Shown piece after piece: positions 54,664 to 63,893 of a stretch of 64,000 nucleotides of DNA. Origin of the DNA: Deltaproteobacteria bacterium (GTDB taxonomy: Bacteria > Myxococcota_A > Polyangia > Polyangiales > Houyiibacteriaceae); the NCBI GenBank assembly GCA_004283055.1, contig SHLP01000004.1:29362-93361 (forward strand), in the 5' to 3' direction. The notes under the pieces are model-generated. The model was not told the origin of the DNA, did no database searches, and saw only the letters and a program-made list of their open reading frames with translations. Made by a program: the position numbers and the translations under genes. Numbering within the stretch: position 1 is the first letter of the stretch; each line of letters begins with the position of its first letter.

Positions 54664-55709
54664 TGGCGGCGATTCGTAAGAAGCTGCTCGGTTGGTACGA
54701 CGAGGCGGCGCGCGATCTTCCGTGGCGCCGAACGCGCGACCCATACGCGATTTGGGTATCCGAGATCATGCTTCAACAGACCCGCGTCGACACGGTCATC
54801 CCATACTACGAGCGTTTTTTGACCAGCTTTCCCAATCCAAGAGCATTGGCGGACGCGGACGAAGATGCGGTGCTCTCGCATTGGAGCGGCCTCGGCTATT
54901 ACCGACGCGCCCGCCTGCTACACGCCGGCGTCAGGGAAGTCGTCGCGCAGTATGACGGTGAAGTCCCCGAAGACGCCGAAGCGCGGCGCGCTCTGCCCGG
55001 CGTGGGTCCGTACACCGCTGGCGCGATCGGCAGCATTGCCTTCGAGAAGGAAGAGCCCATCGTCGATGGAAACGTGACGCGCGTTCTCGCGCGGCTGTTC
55101 CGAATCGACACGCCGGTTGGCGCCTCGGTGACCAGCAAACGCGTTTGGGAGGAGGCGGCACGTTTGGTTCCAGGCGTCCGACCGGGTGCATTCAATCAAG
55201 CCTTGATGGAGCTCGGCGCGACGGTTTGCACCCCCAAGCAGCCGAAATGCGAGTCCTGCCCGTTGCTCGACGACTGTCTGGCGCGCGCGCACGGCGAGGT
55301 CGACACGCTTCCAGTGCCGCGTCCGCGTAAATCGCCCACCCAGGTGAAGCTTGCTGCCGTGGTGGCAACGCAGGGCCGAGGGCGGGACCAGCGCGTGTGG
55401 CTCCTCCGAAGCGAGCAGAGCCTGTTTGCGGGGCTCTGGGGCTTGCCCATGACGCCGAGAAGCAGGTTCGATGCGCACGACGCGCGGGGCGCGCTTCGGG
55501 ACGCAGGAATCTCTGCAAGCCTCGGCCGGGAGTCGATTGGACGGCTGGATCATCTACTGTCGCACCGTCGAATGCAGATCGACGTGTTCCGAGCCACGGC
55601 GGCGAAAGCGGAGTCGTCCGAGACGCGACGGCTTTTCCGCTTGGACGAGCTCGGGAGCGTCGGAATTTCCACACTGACCCAGAAGCTCCTGTCCGTCGCG
55701 TTTTCCTAG
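54663..55709 (+). CDS. mutY: A/G-specific adenine DNA glycosylase
   Basis: Has LLGWYDEAARDLPWRRTRDPYAIWVSEIMLQQTRV, HhH-GPD region LPGVGPYTAGAI, and an Fe-S cluster CTPKQPKCESCPLLDDC. The ATG at 54663 overlaps the E2 stop (TGATG); the ORF track uses the TTG at 54660. Confidence 0.9.
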   Translation: MAAIRKKLLGWYDEAARDLPWRRTRDPYAIWVSEIMLQQTRVDTVIPYYERFLTSFPNPRALADADEDAVLSHWSGLGYYRRARLLHAGVREVVAQYDGEVPEDAEARRALPGVGPYTAGAIGSIAFEKEEPIVDGNVTRVLARLFRIDTPVGASVTSKRVWEEAARLVPGVRPGAFNQALMELGATVCTPKQPKCESCPLLDDCLARAHGEVDTLPVPRPRKSPTQVKLAAVVATQGRGRDQRVWLLRSEQSLFAGLWGLPMTPRSRFDAHDARGALRDAGISASLGRESIGRLDHLLSHRRMQIDVFRATAAKAESSETRRLFRLDELGSVGISTLTQKLLSVAFS

Positions 55710-55787
55710 CGCTGCGGGCGAACCGTCCCCGCCCCTCGGCCTGCAGCGGATTGGCCCCCGGGGCCCTCCAACCGATACACTTCATCG

Positions 55788-56678
55788 GTGGGAGTTCTCG
55801 CCTACCAGGGCGTCTCGAAGCGTTTTGGGCAGCATACGGCGCTCGACGGGGTGTCGCTCGAAGTGCAGGAGGGCGAGGTCTTCGGCCTTCTCGGACCAAA
55901 CGGCGCCGGAAAGACGACCCTGATCAGAATCGGGCTCGACATTCTTCGTGCAGACGCGGGCGATGTGTCGCTCTTCGGCGCGAAGCCCACCCCGCCGACC
56001 CTCGATCGCACGGCCTACCTTCCCGAGGAGCGCGGCGTGTACCGGCGCGCAAGAGTGCGCGAGCTCCTCGCCTACTTGGGGCAGCTCAAGGGGATGAGCC
56101 GCGCGGCAGCGCGTGACGCCGGTGAGCGATGGCTCGAGCGCGTTGGCCTCGGGCATGTCGCGGAGCAGCGCGTCGAAAGCCTTTCGAAAGGCATGACGCA
56201 GAAGGTTCAGATCGCGGCCTGCCTGATGAGCGATCCCGAGCTCTGCGTTCTGGACGAGCCGTTCTCGGGCTTGGATCCGGTCAACGTCGCCCTCGTCACC
56301 GAGCTCATCGAAGAGCGGCGGAAAGGCGGTCAAACCACGGTTTTGTCGACGCACATGATGCATCAAGTCGAGGCCCTCTGTGACCGCGTCGCCCTCATTC
56401 ATCGAGGCGAGCTGCTGGTGTACGGCCGGCTCGACGAGATACGTCAGCGGTACTCACCGCACGAGGTCATGGTCTGGACCGCGATGGACCTCGTCGCAAT
56501 GGGCCTCTGTGCCACCCAGCGTAAGGCAGGCTGTTGGCGCGTCGAGCTGCCCTCGAGTGCAACTCCGGCTGGATACCTGAACGAGCTCGTCCGAAACGGC
56601 GTTCCGGTCGACCGCTATGAACCGTTGATCGCTCGCATGGACGAGATTTTCGTCCATCTCGTCGGCGGAGGCGGCTGA
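55788..56678 (+). CDS. ABC transporter ATP-binding protein (ABC-2/NatA-like)
   Basis: GTG start. Walker A GPNGAGKTT, signature LSKGMTQKV, Walker B LCVLDEPFSGLD. Confidence 0.9.
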   Translation: MGVLAYQGVSKRFGQHTALDGVSLEVQEGEVFGLLGPNGAGKTTLIRIGLDILRADAGDVSLFGAKPTPPTLDRTAYLPEERGVYRRARVRELLAYLGQLKGMSRAAARDAGERWLERVGLGHVAEQRVESLSKGMTQKVQIAACLMSDPELCVLDEPFSGLDPVNVALVTELIEERRKGGQTTVLSTHMMHQVEALCDRVALIHRGELLVYGRLDEIRQRYSPHEVMVWTAMDLVAMGLCATQRKAGCWRVELPSSATPAGYLNELVRNGVPVDRYEPLIARMDEIFVHLVGGGG

Positions 56679-56681
56679 GGA

Positions 56682-57956
56682 ATGCGAATCCAACGGATTG
56701 CCGCCGTGGCGCGTTTCGAGTTTCTCTCGGTGGTCAAACGCTGGTCGTACCTGTTGGCAACGTTCGGTTTGCCTCTCTTCTTGGCTGCGGTTTCCGGGAC
56801 CGTACTCGGCGTGCAAACGTATTTTCTGTCGCAGCGCGCGTCCGAGAGCTCACAGTTCGGCCTGGTCGATGAAGCCGAGGTCATCGATCGCTCTTCGTTC
56901 GTTGAAAAGGACGGAGAGCTGCGCTGGAGGGCACGTGAAAACGCCGACGAGGTACGGCTGTACGCCAGCCGCGACGCGGCCCGCCAGGATCTCGCCTCGG
57001 GTGCGGTTCGTGCAGTGTACGTCATCGAAGACGATTACCTCACGACTGGCGAGGTCATGGCGATAGAGTCCGAGAAGACCCCGCTCCTGACCATGCGCGG
57101 GACCTCGATCGAGCCTTTGCTTCGAGATCTCCTGCGGAAGTCGCTCATCGAGGGTCGCCTCGACGGCGAGGTGCACCAGCGCGTGCTCTCGCCGGCCTAC
57201 TTCGTGCGTAGCCGGCTCGGCCCCAAAGGCGAGGAATTGGTCGATCTCGATGAGGCGCTCGACCTCCTCGTGCGCACGACCATTCCCCTCTTCCTCGGCA
57301 TTCTCCTGCTCACGGCCTTGCTGAGCGCTTCGGGCTATCTCGTGCAGACCGTTTCGACGGACAAGGAGAGCAAGATCGTCGAAGTGTTGCTCTCCTCGGT
57401 GACGCCCGAGGAGATTTTGGCAGGCAAGCTTCTCGGCCTCGGCGCTGCTGGGCTGATCCAATTTGCGGTCTGGTCTTCGATGGTCGTCGTCGTCGCGCTC
57501 ACTGCGTCGGCAGCGCTTGCGGCTTTCGTGTCGATTCCCTGGGGAGCGTTGGCGGCGGCCCCGGTCTTGTTCGTTCTTGGCTACCTGTTCCTCGGAAGCT
57601 TGATGTTGGCGACGGCCGCGCTCGGCGCCAACGCCGCCGAAAGCCAGAAGCTCACCCTGGGCTGGGCGGTCCTCGCGATACTGCCTCTGATGGTTTTGGT
57701 GGTCCTTCTCGAAGACCCCAACGGCATCCTCGGCCAAGCCATGACGTGGATCCCGTTCACCTCGCCGCTCACCGTGATCATCCGCCTCTCCGTCGACGCC
57801 TCCGGCATCGCCTCGTGGGAGGTGCTCGGCGCGATGCTCGTCTTGTTGACATCGACGTGGTTGTCGATTCGAGTTGGCGCGCGGCTGTTTCGAGTTGGGT
57901 TCCTCCTGACCGGGACGATGCCGTCGTTCGCAGAGCTCTGGCGGCAAGCTCGTTAG
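56682..57956 (+). CDS. ABC-2-type permease (NatB-like)
   Basis: 424 aa. N-terminal TM, a large extracytoplasmic loop, then about 5 C-terminal TM helices. Starts 4 nt after the ATPase stop. Confidence 0.8.
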   Translation: MRIQRIAAVARFEFLSVVKRWSYLLATFGLPLFLAAVSGTVLGVQTYFLSQRASESSQFGLVDEAEVIDRSSFVEKDGELRWRARENADEVRLYASRDAARQDLASGAVRAVYVIEDDYLTTGEVMAIESEKTPLLTMRGTSIEPLLRDLLRKSLIEGRLDGEVHQRVLSPAYFVRSRLGPKGEELVDLDEALDLLVRTTIPLFLGILLLTALLSASGYLVQTVSTDKESKIVEVLLSSVTPEEILAGKLLGLGAAGLIQFAVWSSMVVVVALTASAALAAFVSIPWGALAAAPVLFVLGYLFLGSLMLATAALGANAAESQKLTLGWAVLAILPLMVLVVLLEDPNGILGQAMTWIPFTSPLTVIIRLSVDASGIASWEVLGAMLVLLTSTWLSIRVGARLFRVGFLLTGTMPSFAELWRQAR

Positions 57957-57973
57957 CGACGCAGGGCAGAGCC

Positions 57974-58642
57974 CTACTCGAAGGACGCCGGCATGGGAAG
58001 CGGGAGCTCTTCGATCAGCTCTCCCGCCGTGGCCACGGCCGCTGAATACGTTGACACCTGCATCGCCGTGAAATCGAGCACCACAAACGACTGCTCGTCT
58101 TTGCGGTGAAGCGTTCCTGCATTGATCACCGTAAGCCCGGGGAACACGCGGACCATTCTGTGATGGGTGTGACCTCCGATCATGAACTGAATTTCTTCGT
58201 CGAGCATCAGCTCACGAAGCGTTGGCATGTCTTGGAGGGCGTAGCCTCGAGTGTCGGGAAGCAGCCATGCTTCGTCGTCGTCCCCAACCCCGTGGCAGAG
58301 CAGCGCGTCTCCCGCCCGGGTCGAGTAGCGACGCGTTCGGGGGAGCGCTTCGATGAATGCGCGTGACGCATCGCTGATCTCGAGGGTTGCGTTTTCGAGG
58401 GACCGCTGCTCGCCCGACAGAAACCAGCGCTCATGATTGCCAGCGACGCATTCAACGCCTCGCGCTTCCAATAGGCCGAGGGTCGAGTCGACATCGCCCA
58501 AACCGTCGACCAAGTCACCGACGCAGAGAACGCGTTCGACGTTCATCGATTCCAGGGCATCGAGTACACGCTCTAGCGTTTCAGCCTCGCAGTGGACGTC
58601 GCCGATCACACCCAGCCGGCTGAGCTTGCCCGTCTCGTTCAC
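57974..58642 (-). CDS. Metallophosphoesterase (calcineurin-like)
   Basis: Motifs GDVHCE, GDLVDG, GNHE and GHTH appear in order. Confidence 0.85.
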   Translation of the reverse strand: MNETGKLSRLGVIGDVHCEAETLERVLDALESMNVERVLCVGDLVDGLGDVDSTLGLLEARGVECVAGNHERWFLSGEQRSLENATLEISDASRAFIEALPRTRRYSTRAGDALLCHGVGDDDEAWLLPDTRGYALQDMPTLRELMLDEEIQFMIGGHTHHRMVRVFPGLTVINAGTLHRKDEQSFVVLDFTAMQVSTYSAAVATAGELIEELPLPMPASFE

Positions 58643-58725
58643 CGCCCCAACTTAGGTGCTTTTGTGCGCCTCGCCAAGAACTACGCGACTGGTGCTCCCG
58701 GGCCCCGTGTTGTAGACCCGTTTCC

Positions 58726-60063
58726 ATGCTCGACCTGCGTAATGTGAGCGAGAACCTGCCGGACGTTAAGGCAACCCTCAAGCGCCGCGGCTTTGCCGAT
58801 GCAGAGCTGCTCGATCGCCTCTCGTCGCTCGCCGAGGAGCGACGATCCGTCATCACCGAGGTTGAGTCGCTGCGACAAGAGCGCAACGAAGCTAGCCAGG
58901 CCATGGCGAAGGTCGCCGACAAAAAGTCCGACGATTTTCAGGCAAGGCGCGAGCAGCTACGAAGCCTCGGTGACCAAATCAAGGGAAGCGAGTCGCGGCA
59001 AGGACGGGTCGAGGCCGAGCTCGAATCGATCTTGCTCAACCTTCCAAACCTCCCTCATCCCAGCACACCCGCGGGTCTGAGTGAAGCCGAGAACGTCGAG
59101 ATTCGGGTTTGGGGTGACAAGCCGATCTTCGACTTCGACGTCGTGGATCACGTCGAGGTCGGCAGCAGGCTCGACATTCTGGACTTCGAACGTGCTGCCA
59201 AGATCAGCGGCTCTCGCTTCGTCGTGCTCAAGGGGCTCGGCGCGCGGCTCAACCGGGCATTGATGCAGTTCATGCTCGACGTTCACAGCAGCGAACATGG
59301 ATACGAAGAAGTCTGGCCCCCGGTACTCGTCAAAGACAGCGCCATGCTTGGCACCGGGCAGCTTCCGAAGTTCAAAAAAGAAGCATTTCGCATGGCGAAA
59401 GACGAACAATGGGAAGCCGAGGCCCAGGCGCAGGGGCACGACTGGTATCTCGTGCCGACCGCAGAAGTTCCGCTCACCAATCTCCACGCAGATGAGATCA
59501 TCGCCGGCGCGGACCTGCCGATCGCGTACGCCGGATACACCGCTTGCTTCCGAAGCGAAGCCGGGAGCTACGGCAAGGACACGCGGGGAATGATTCGGGT
59601 TCATCAGTTCGACAAGGTCGAGCTCGTCCGTTTTTGTCGCCCCGAAGAAGGCGAGGCGCAGCTCGAGCTGCTGACGCAGCACGCCGAATCGATCCTCCAG
59701 AAGCTCGGCCTCCACCACCGCGTCGTGCAGCTCTGCGCGGGAGACATGGGCTTTGCCGCTCAGAAATCCTACGACCTGGAGGTCTGGCTCCCCGCGCAGA
59801 ACGCGTATCGAGAGATTTCGAGCTGTTCTTGGTTCGGAGACTTTCAGGCACGGCGGATGCAGGCACGGTTCCGGCCGGGAGAAAAGGCCAAGCCGAGCTT
59901 CGTTCACACGCTCAACGGCTCGGGCCTTGCAATCGGGCGGACGCTGGTCGCCATTCTCGAACAGAACCAAGAGGCCGATGGCAGTGTGCTCATCCCGGAG
60001 GTTCTGCGGCCGTACATGGCGGGCCTCGAAAGAATTTCAGCGGCTGCGGCGGCGACCAGATGA
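58726..60063 (+). CDS. serS: Seryl-tRNA synthetase
   Basis: MLDLRNV N-terminal coiled-coil arm. Class II motifs: YAGYTACFRSEAGSYGKDTRGMIRVHQFDKVE, NGSGLAIGRTLVAILE. Confidence 0.95.
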   Translation: MLDLRNVSENLPDVKATLKRRGFADAELLDRLSSLAEERRSVITEVESLRQERNEASQAMAKVADKKSDDFQARREQLRSLGDQIKGSESRQGRVEAELESILLNLPNLPHPSTPAGLSEAENVEIRVWGDKPIFDFDVVDHVEVGSRLDILDFERAAKISGSRFVVLKGLGARLNRALMQFMLDVHSSEHGYEEVWPPVLVKDSAMLGTGQLPKFKKEAFRMAKDEQWEAEAQAQGHDWYLVPTAEVPLTNLHADEIIAGADLPIAYAGYTACFRSEAGSYGKDTRGMIRVHQFDKVELVRFCRPEEGEAQLELLTQHAESILQKLGLHHRVVQLCAGDMGFAAQKSYDLEVWLPAQNAYREISSCSWFGDFQARRMQARFRPGEKAKPSFVHTLNGSGLAIGRTLVAILEQNQEADGSVLIPEVLRPYMAGLERISAAAAATR

Positions 60064-60070
60064 AGCTCGG

Positions 60071-61117
60071 ATGACGGAGCTCGAGATCGAACGCGACGTT
60101 GCGCTGGCTCCGCTCACCAGTCTCGAGCTCGGCGGTCCAGCGAAGTACTTCGTTCGCGTGAGGGATGAAGCCACTCTGATCGAGGCACTTCGTTGGTCGG
60201 CGGATCGAGAGACTCCATTCGCGATACTGGCCGGCGGCTCCAATCTCATCGTGCCTGACGAAGGCTACCAGGGACTGGTCGTACAAATGTCCATCGACTC
60301 GCTCGATTTTCACGAGGGCGGCACTGTGACTGCCGGCGCCGGTGTCGCCTGGGAGAAGGTCGTCGACGGGGCGGTCGCTCGAAGCTGGGCGGGGCTCGAA
60401 TGCCTTGCCGGGATTCCGGGGTCCGCGGGTGCGACGCCGATCCAAAACGTCGGCGCGTACGGCGCAGAAGTCGCGGACTCAATCACGCGGGTCCGAGTGA
60501 TCCGCCGCGACACGCTGGAGCTCGAGGAGCTTGCCCCGGAGGACTGCGGCTTTGGGTATCGTGACAGCTCGTTCAAACGCGAGCCCGGCCGCTTCGTCGT
60601 GTCCGCGGTCGACTTCGCGCTCCGGCCGAACGGCCCCGGGACGGTTCGCTATGCAGAGCTTGCGAGGAAGATTGGACCCGACGCCACGCTTGCCGAGATT
60701 CGGCGCGCCGTGCTCGAGCTGCGCCGCAACAAGTCCATGCTCATCGAACCTGACGATCCGAACCGCCGAAGCGCAGGCTCGTTCTTCCTGAACCCGCTCG
60801 TTTCGACCGCGGACGCGGACCGCCTGGTCGAGCAGGCGCTCGCGGACGAGCTCGTCAGCCATTCCGACGAGGTTCCGCGCTACCCGGCGGAGGGCCCCGG
60901 GGTCAAGCTCGCGGCGGGCTGGCTCATCGAAAAAGCCGGAGTGACCAAGGGCAGCCGGCGCGGAGCCATCGGGGTTTCGAGCAAACACGCGCTGGCGCTG
61001 GTCCACCATGGCGGCGGAACCACCGCGGAGCTGCTCGCCTTTGCCGACGAGATTCAGGCGCGCGTGCTCGACCGCTTTGGCGTGACGCTCGAACGGGAGC
61101 CTCGCCTCCTCGCCTAG
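60071..61117 (+). CDS. murB: UDP-N-acetylenolpyruvoylglucosamine reductase
   Basis: I start it at the ATG at 60071 (MTELEIERDVALAPLTSLELGGPAKYF...). FAD-binding GGGSNL-like AGGSNLIV, GIPGSAGATPIQNVGAYG, and C-terminal AGWLIEKAG. The upstream part of the ORF overlaps serS. Confidence 0.9.
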   Translation: MTELEIERDVALAPLTSLELGGPAKYFVRVRDEATLIEALRWSADRETPFAILAGGSNLIVPDEGYQGLVVQMSIDSLDFHEGGTVTAGAGVAWEKVVDGAVARSWAGLECLAGIPGSAGATPIQNVGAYGAEVADSITRVRVIRRDTLELEELAPEDCGFGYRDSSFKREPGRFVVSAVDFALRPNGPGTVRYAELARKIGPDATLAEIRRAVLELRRNKSMLIEPDDPNRRSAGSFFLNPLVSTADADRLVEQALADELVSHSDEVPRYPAEGPGVKLAAGWLIEKAGVTKGSRRGAIGVSSKHALALVHHGGGTTAELLAFADEIQARVLDRFGVTLEREPRLLA

Positions 61118-61118
61118 C

Positions 61119-62273
61119 TCATGGCGCGAACGGGTCGCTCAATGCGGGGTTCGTCAACAGGTCTTCGTCGGTCAGGGTGCGAAGAAACGCGATGAGATCC
61201 TGTTTTTCCTGCTCGGTGATCTCGAAGCCATTCAAAAAGGCGCTCTTGTTCGGGTTCTCGAAGCCGTCGCCCGCGTTCGGCCCGCTCTCGATCAGGCGGC
61301 CGCCGCGCGCATAGTGCTCCACCACCTCTTCGAGCGTGGCGATCGAACCGTCGTGCATGTAGGGGGCCGTGACCGCGACGTTGCGAAGGCTCGGCGGCTT
61401 GAACTTGCCCTTGTCCGCCGGGTCGTTCGTGATGTCGAAGAGCCCCTCATTTCCCTCCGGGTAGCTGCCGTCGGAGTCGAGGTTGTACAGGCCGTTGTTG
61501 ATGAACGTTTGTTGGTTGAACTCGCTGCCGTCGTGGTCGACCGCCTGGGACAGCAGGAAACCGCCGTGACAGTGGAAGCACTCGAGGGCATCCGGCACGC
61601 CTGCCTCGGTAGTGCCCCCGAAAAACAACGCTTTGCCTCGTTGTTCGGACAACGTCAGCGCGCTCGAGCCTTGGTCGTGCTTCGAGTTGAAGCTGGTCAG
61701 CGCCCGCTGAAACGAGGCGATCGACTTCGTGATGCTGTCGAGGCTGATCGGATCGCCTTGGTTCGGAAACGCCGCGGCGAACATCGGCGGATACCGCTCG
61801 TCCTCGCGTAGACGGCGCAAGAGCTCGTCTTCCATGTTGGCCAAGCCGAGCTCGACCGGGTCTTCACCGAACATCGGCACCAGCGCTTGCTCCTCGAGGC
61901 GCACCACGGCCGGGTTTGCCCACGTCAACGACGCCGCGTAGCCCGCGTTGGCCAGGCTCATGGAGCTTCGAGGATGAATCTCACCTGTCGAACCTTCGGC
62001 TCGGGCCAGTCCGTCGGTGAAGGCGAGCTCCTGCAGGTGACAGCTTCCGCAGCTCTGGGTTTGGTTGCCGGAAAGCTTCGTGTCGTAAAACAGAAAGCGG
62101 CCAAGCTCGACTTTTGCCAGGGACATCGGGTTGTCCTCGGGCACGCGCGGCGGAGGTACGGTGTCTGGGAGGTTCCAGACCCATGCCTCGGCCCCGGATG
62201 CGGTGTCGCCGTCACCGCACCCGGTCCAAAGGATTAGTGACAACAAAGACAACGTGCGGAGGAGATGTTTCAT
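61119..62273 (-). CDS. Di-haem cytochrome c peroxidase/MauG-family enzyme (MbnH / MXAN_0977-like), lipoprotein
   Basis: Lipobox LILWTGC. Two haem c sites, CGSCH and CFHCH. PPSLRNVAVTAPYMHDG is typical of the CCP/MauG family. Confidence 0.85.
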   Translation of the reverse strand: MKHLLRTLSLLSLILWTGCGDGDTASGAEAWVWNLPDTVPPPRVPEDNPMSLAKVELGRFLFYDTKLSGNQTQSCGSCHLQELAFTDGLARAEGSTGEIHPRSSMSLANAGYAASLTWANPAVVRLEEQALVPMFGEDPVELGLANMEDELLRRLREDERYPPMFAAAFPNQGDPISLDSITKSIASFQRALTSFNSKHDQGSSALTLSEQRGKALFFGGTTEAGVPDALECFHCHGGFLLSQAVDHDGSEFNQQTFINNGLYNLDSDGSYPEGNEGLFDITNDPADKGKFKPPSLRNVAVTAPYMHDGSIATLEEVVEHYARGGRLIESGPNAGDGFENPNKSAFLNGFEITEQEKQDLIAFLRTLTDEDLLTNPALSDPFAP

Positions 62274-62316
62274 GTCGAGGTGTTAAAGAAGTGCATCTGC
62301 TTGCCGAACGAGAAGC

Positions 62317-63147
62317 TCACTCGGCGGAAAAGAATTGCTGCTCGCCGCCCGGGTTCTCACCAAAAGACAGGCCCAGGTTGGCGAACAAGGGTCCGCAATC
62401 CGTGTCGACGGGTTTGGACATGCACCCGGCGTCGGCCGCGGCGTCTTGATCGACGGCTGAGCCTTCAACCAGCGCCGCGAAGTCGGCCACCACGGTGTTT
62501 GCGCTGACATCGAATGTGTCTAGCTCGACCTCGGTACGGTTGCCGTTTGCGCACGACGTTACGCCGCCCGCCATCGGGTCGCCTTCACAGCCGGTGCTGC
62601 CGAGGTGCATGCGCCAATCAGTTTCACTGAACTGCCCCGAGTCGATTCGGAGGAACTTGTAGCCGCCTTGCCAATTCCAGAAGAGCGAGGTGAGGTTCAA
62701 CGGGCTTGGCGCCGTCGCGCTGTTCACATGGTTGATTTCGAAAGGGACTCCCATTTTGAACTGAAGGCCGTCGTAGTCCCCGGGGGGGACGGTGCCGCGC
62801 ACGATCCCGTTGAGCTCTGGGGTTCCGAGCTCGCCGCAGCCATCCTCGAAGTCGAGCAACGCGACGCCGCTGCTCTGGAAGCTGTTCTCCTCGAGCTCAA
62901 CCGGCACCCAGGCACCGGCGGCGTTCTTGAGCGCGACATCTTGGACGTAAAAGCGGAAGTCGCTCAACACGAGAGGGGTGCCGTTTGCGCCGAGGTTCTC
63001 GTACGTGTCTCCGCAGACGAAGGGCTCCTCGCCCACGACGGCAGCAAAGCTCAGCGCGACGTCTTGCTGCTCCGCCGGGGCGTTCCCGTCGTCTCCGCAG
63101 CCCAAAGCCAAGGCACCCAACGCCATTACCATCCCTAGTCTTTTCAT
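62317..63147 (-). CDS. MbnP-like periplasmic protein ('metallo-mystery pair' Cys-motif partner of the di-haem enzyme), lipoprotein
   Basis: I start it at the ATG at 63147 (MKRLGMVMALGALALGCG, a lipobox). Conserved-looking FVCGDTY, DFEDGCG, FWNWQGGYKFLRID and STGCEG...TSC. Sits immediately upstream of the di-haem enzyme, as in mbnPH pairs. Family call is from memory. Confidence 0.65.
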   Translation of the reverse strand: MKRLGMVMALGALALGCGDDGNAPAEQQDVALSFAAVVGEEPFVCGDTYENLGANGTPLVLSDFRFYVQDVALKNAAGAWVPVELEENSFQSSGVALLDFEDGCGELGTPELNGIVRGTVPPGDYDGLQFKMGVPFEINHVNSATAPSPLNLTSLFWNWQGGYKFLRIDSGQFSETDWRMHLGSTGCEGDPMAGGVTSCANGNRTEVELDTFDVSANTVVADFAALVEGSAVDQDAAADAGCMSKPVDTDCGPLFANLGLSFGENPGGEQQFFSAE

Positions 63148-63164
63148 TCCTGACTCCGCGGTCT

Positions 63165-63893
63165 TTAGAGCCCGTCTTCCTCGATGGGAAGGACAGCCTG
63201 CAACGACGACCGCACGTTTTCGGTTATTTGTTGCTGCACTGTGGTTGATTCCTGCAGTGCAAAATCGATGCCATCGAACCACTTCGTGTGGTCGATTTGG
63301 ATGGAGACGCTTTCGAGAACCGGCCCTTCGAACACGAGCGGCTGGTCGAACCGCATCTCGCAGGGGAGGACGTCCGAGATCTTGGCAACGAGAGCGGATG
63401 TGGCCTGACCGCTCTCGTCCTCGACGCGTCCCGCGATGAGCACGCTGTTTTCCGTCATGTCGAGGTTTTCGTCGGTCAAACCCTCGGCGTCCTGGTCAGC
63501 GGGCATCCCGGTGACGCGAATCCCACAGTAGCGTCCAGGAGGCGGCCGCAGGGTTCCGGCGAAGAGCGGGACCCCTGCGCTTTCCATGAGATCGATCACC
63601 AAGGGAACGCCCAGGCTCGTCGGCGATGAAAACTCGTGCGCTTTGGCTCTCGCAGCGGTGACGAGTTTCCAGGGATCCAGGACAAAATTGTCGCAACGGA
63701 CCAGCTCCACCCTGCCGAAAGCGATGATCGCCCGCTCGAGCCGAACACGGTAGCCAAGGTCGGTACGGACCGCGGCTGGGGTTGCTGCAGGCTGGTAGGC
63801 GACGTCGAGCTCGATGCCCTCGGTCACCCGCATACAGTTAGGTAGGAGCGCCGTGCAAAGGAGCACGGCCGCGACCACGAGACTAGATCTCAT
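63165..63893 (-). CDS. Hypothetical lipoprotein/secreted protein
   Basis: Signal peptide with Cys, LVVAAVLLCTALLPNC. 242 aa. Ends 17 nt upstream of the MbnP-like start. No family recognised. Confidence 0.55.
   Translation of the reverse strand: MRSSLVVAAVLLCTALLPNCMRVTEGIELDVAYQPAATPAAVRTDLGYRVRLERAIIAFGRVELVRCDNFVLDPWKLVTAARAKAHEFSSPTSLGVPLVIDLMESAGVPLFAGTLRPPPGRYCGIRVTGMPADQDAEGLTDENLDMTENSVLIAGRVEDESGQATSALVAKISDVLPCEMRFDQPLVFEGPVLESVSIQIDHTKWFDGIDFALQESTTVQQQITENVRSSLQAVLPIEEDGL

Noticed and set aside
15977-55709. An apparent enrichment of DNA-repair genes (imuA-imuB-dnaE2, fpg, mutY) as a possible repair island.
   Set aside because: The three loci are separated by many unrelated housekeeping operons and are in different transcription units. 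This is most simply coincidence.
55741-55775. A GC-rich palindrome (GGCCCCCGGGGCC) after mutY, considered as a possible terminator.
   Set aside because: It has essentially no loop and no following T-tract. It cannot be supported as an intrinsic terminator by eye.
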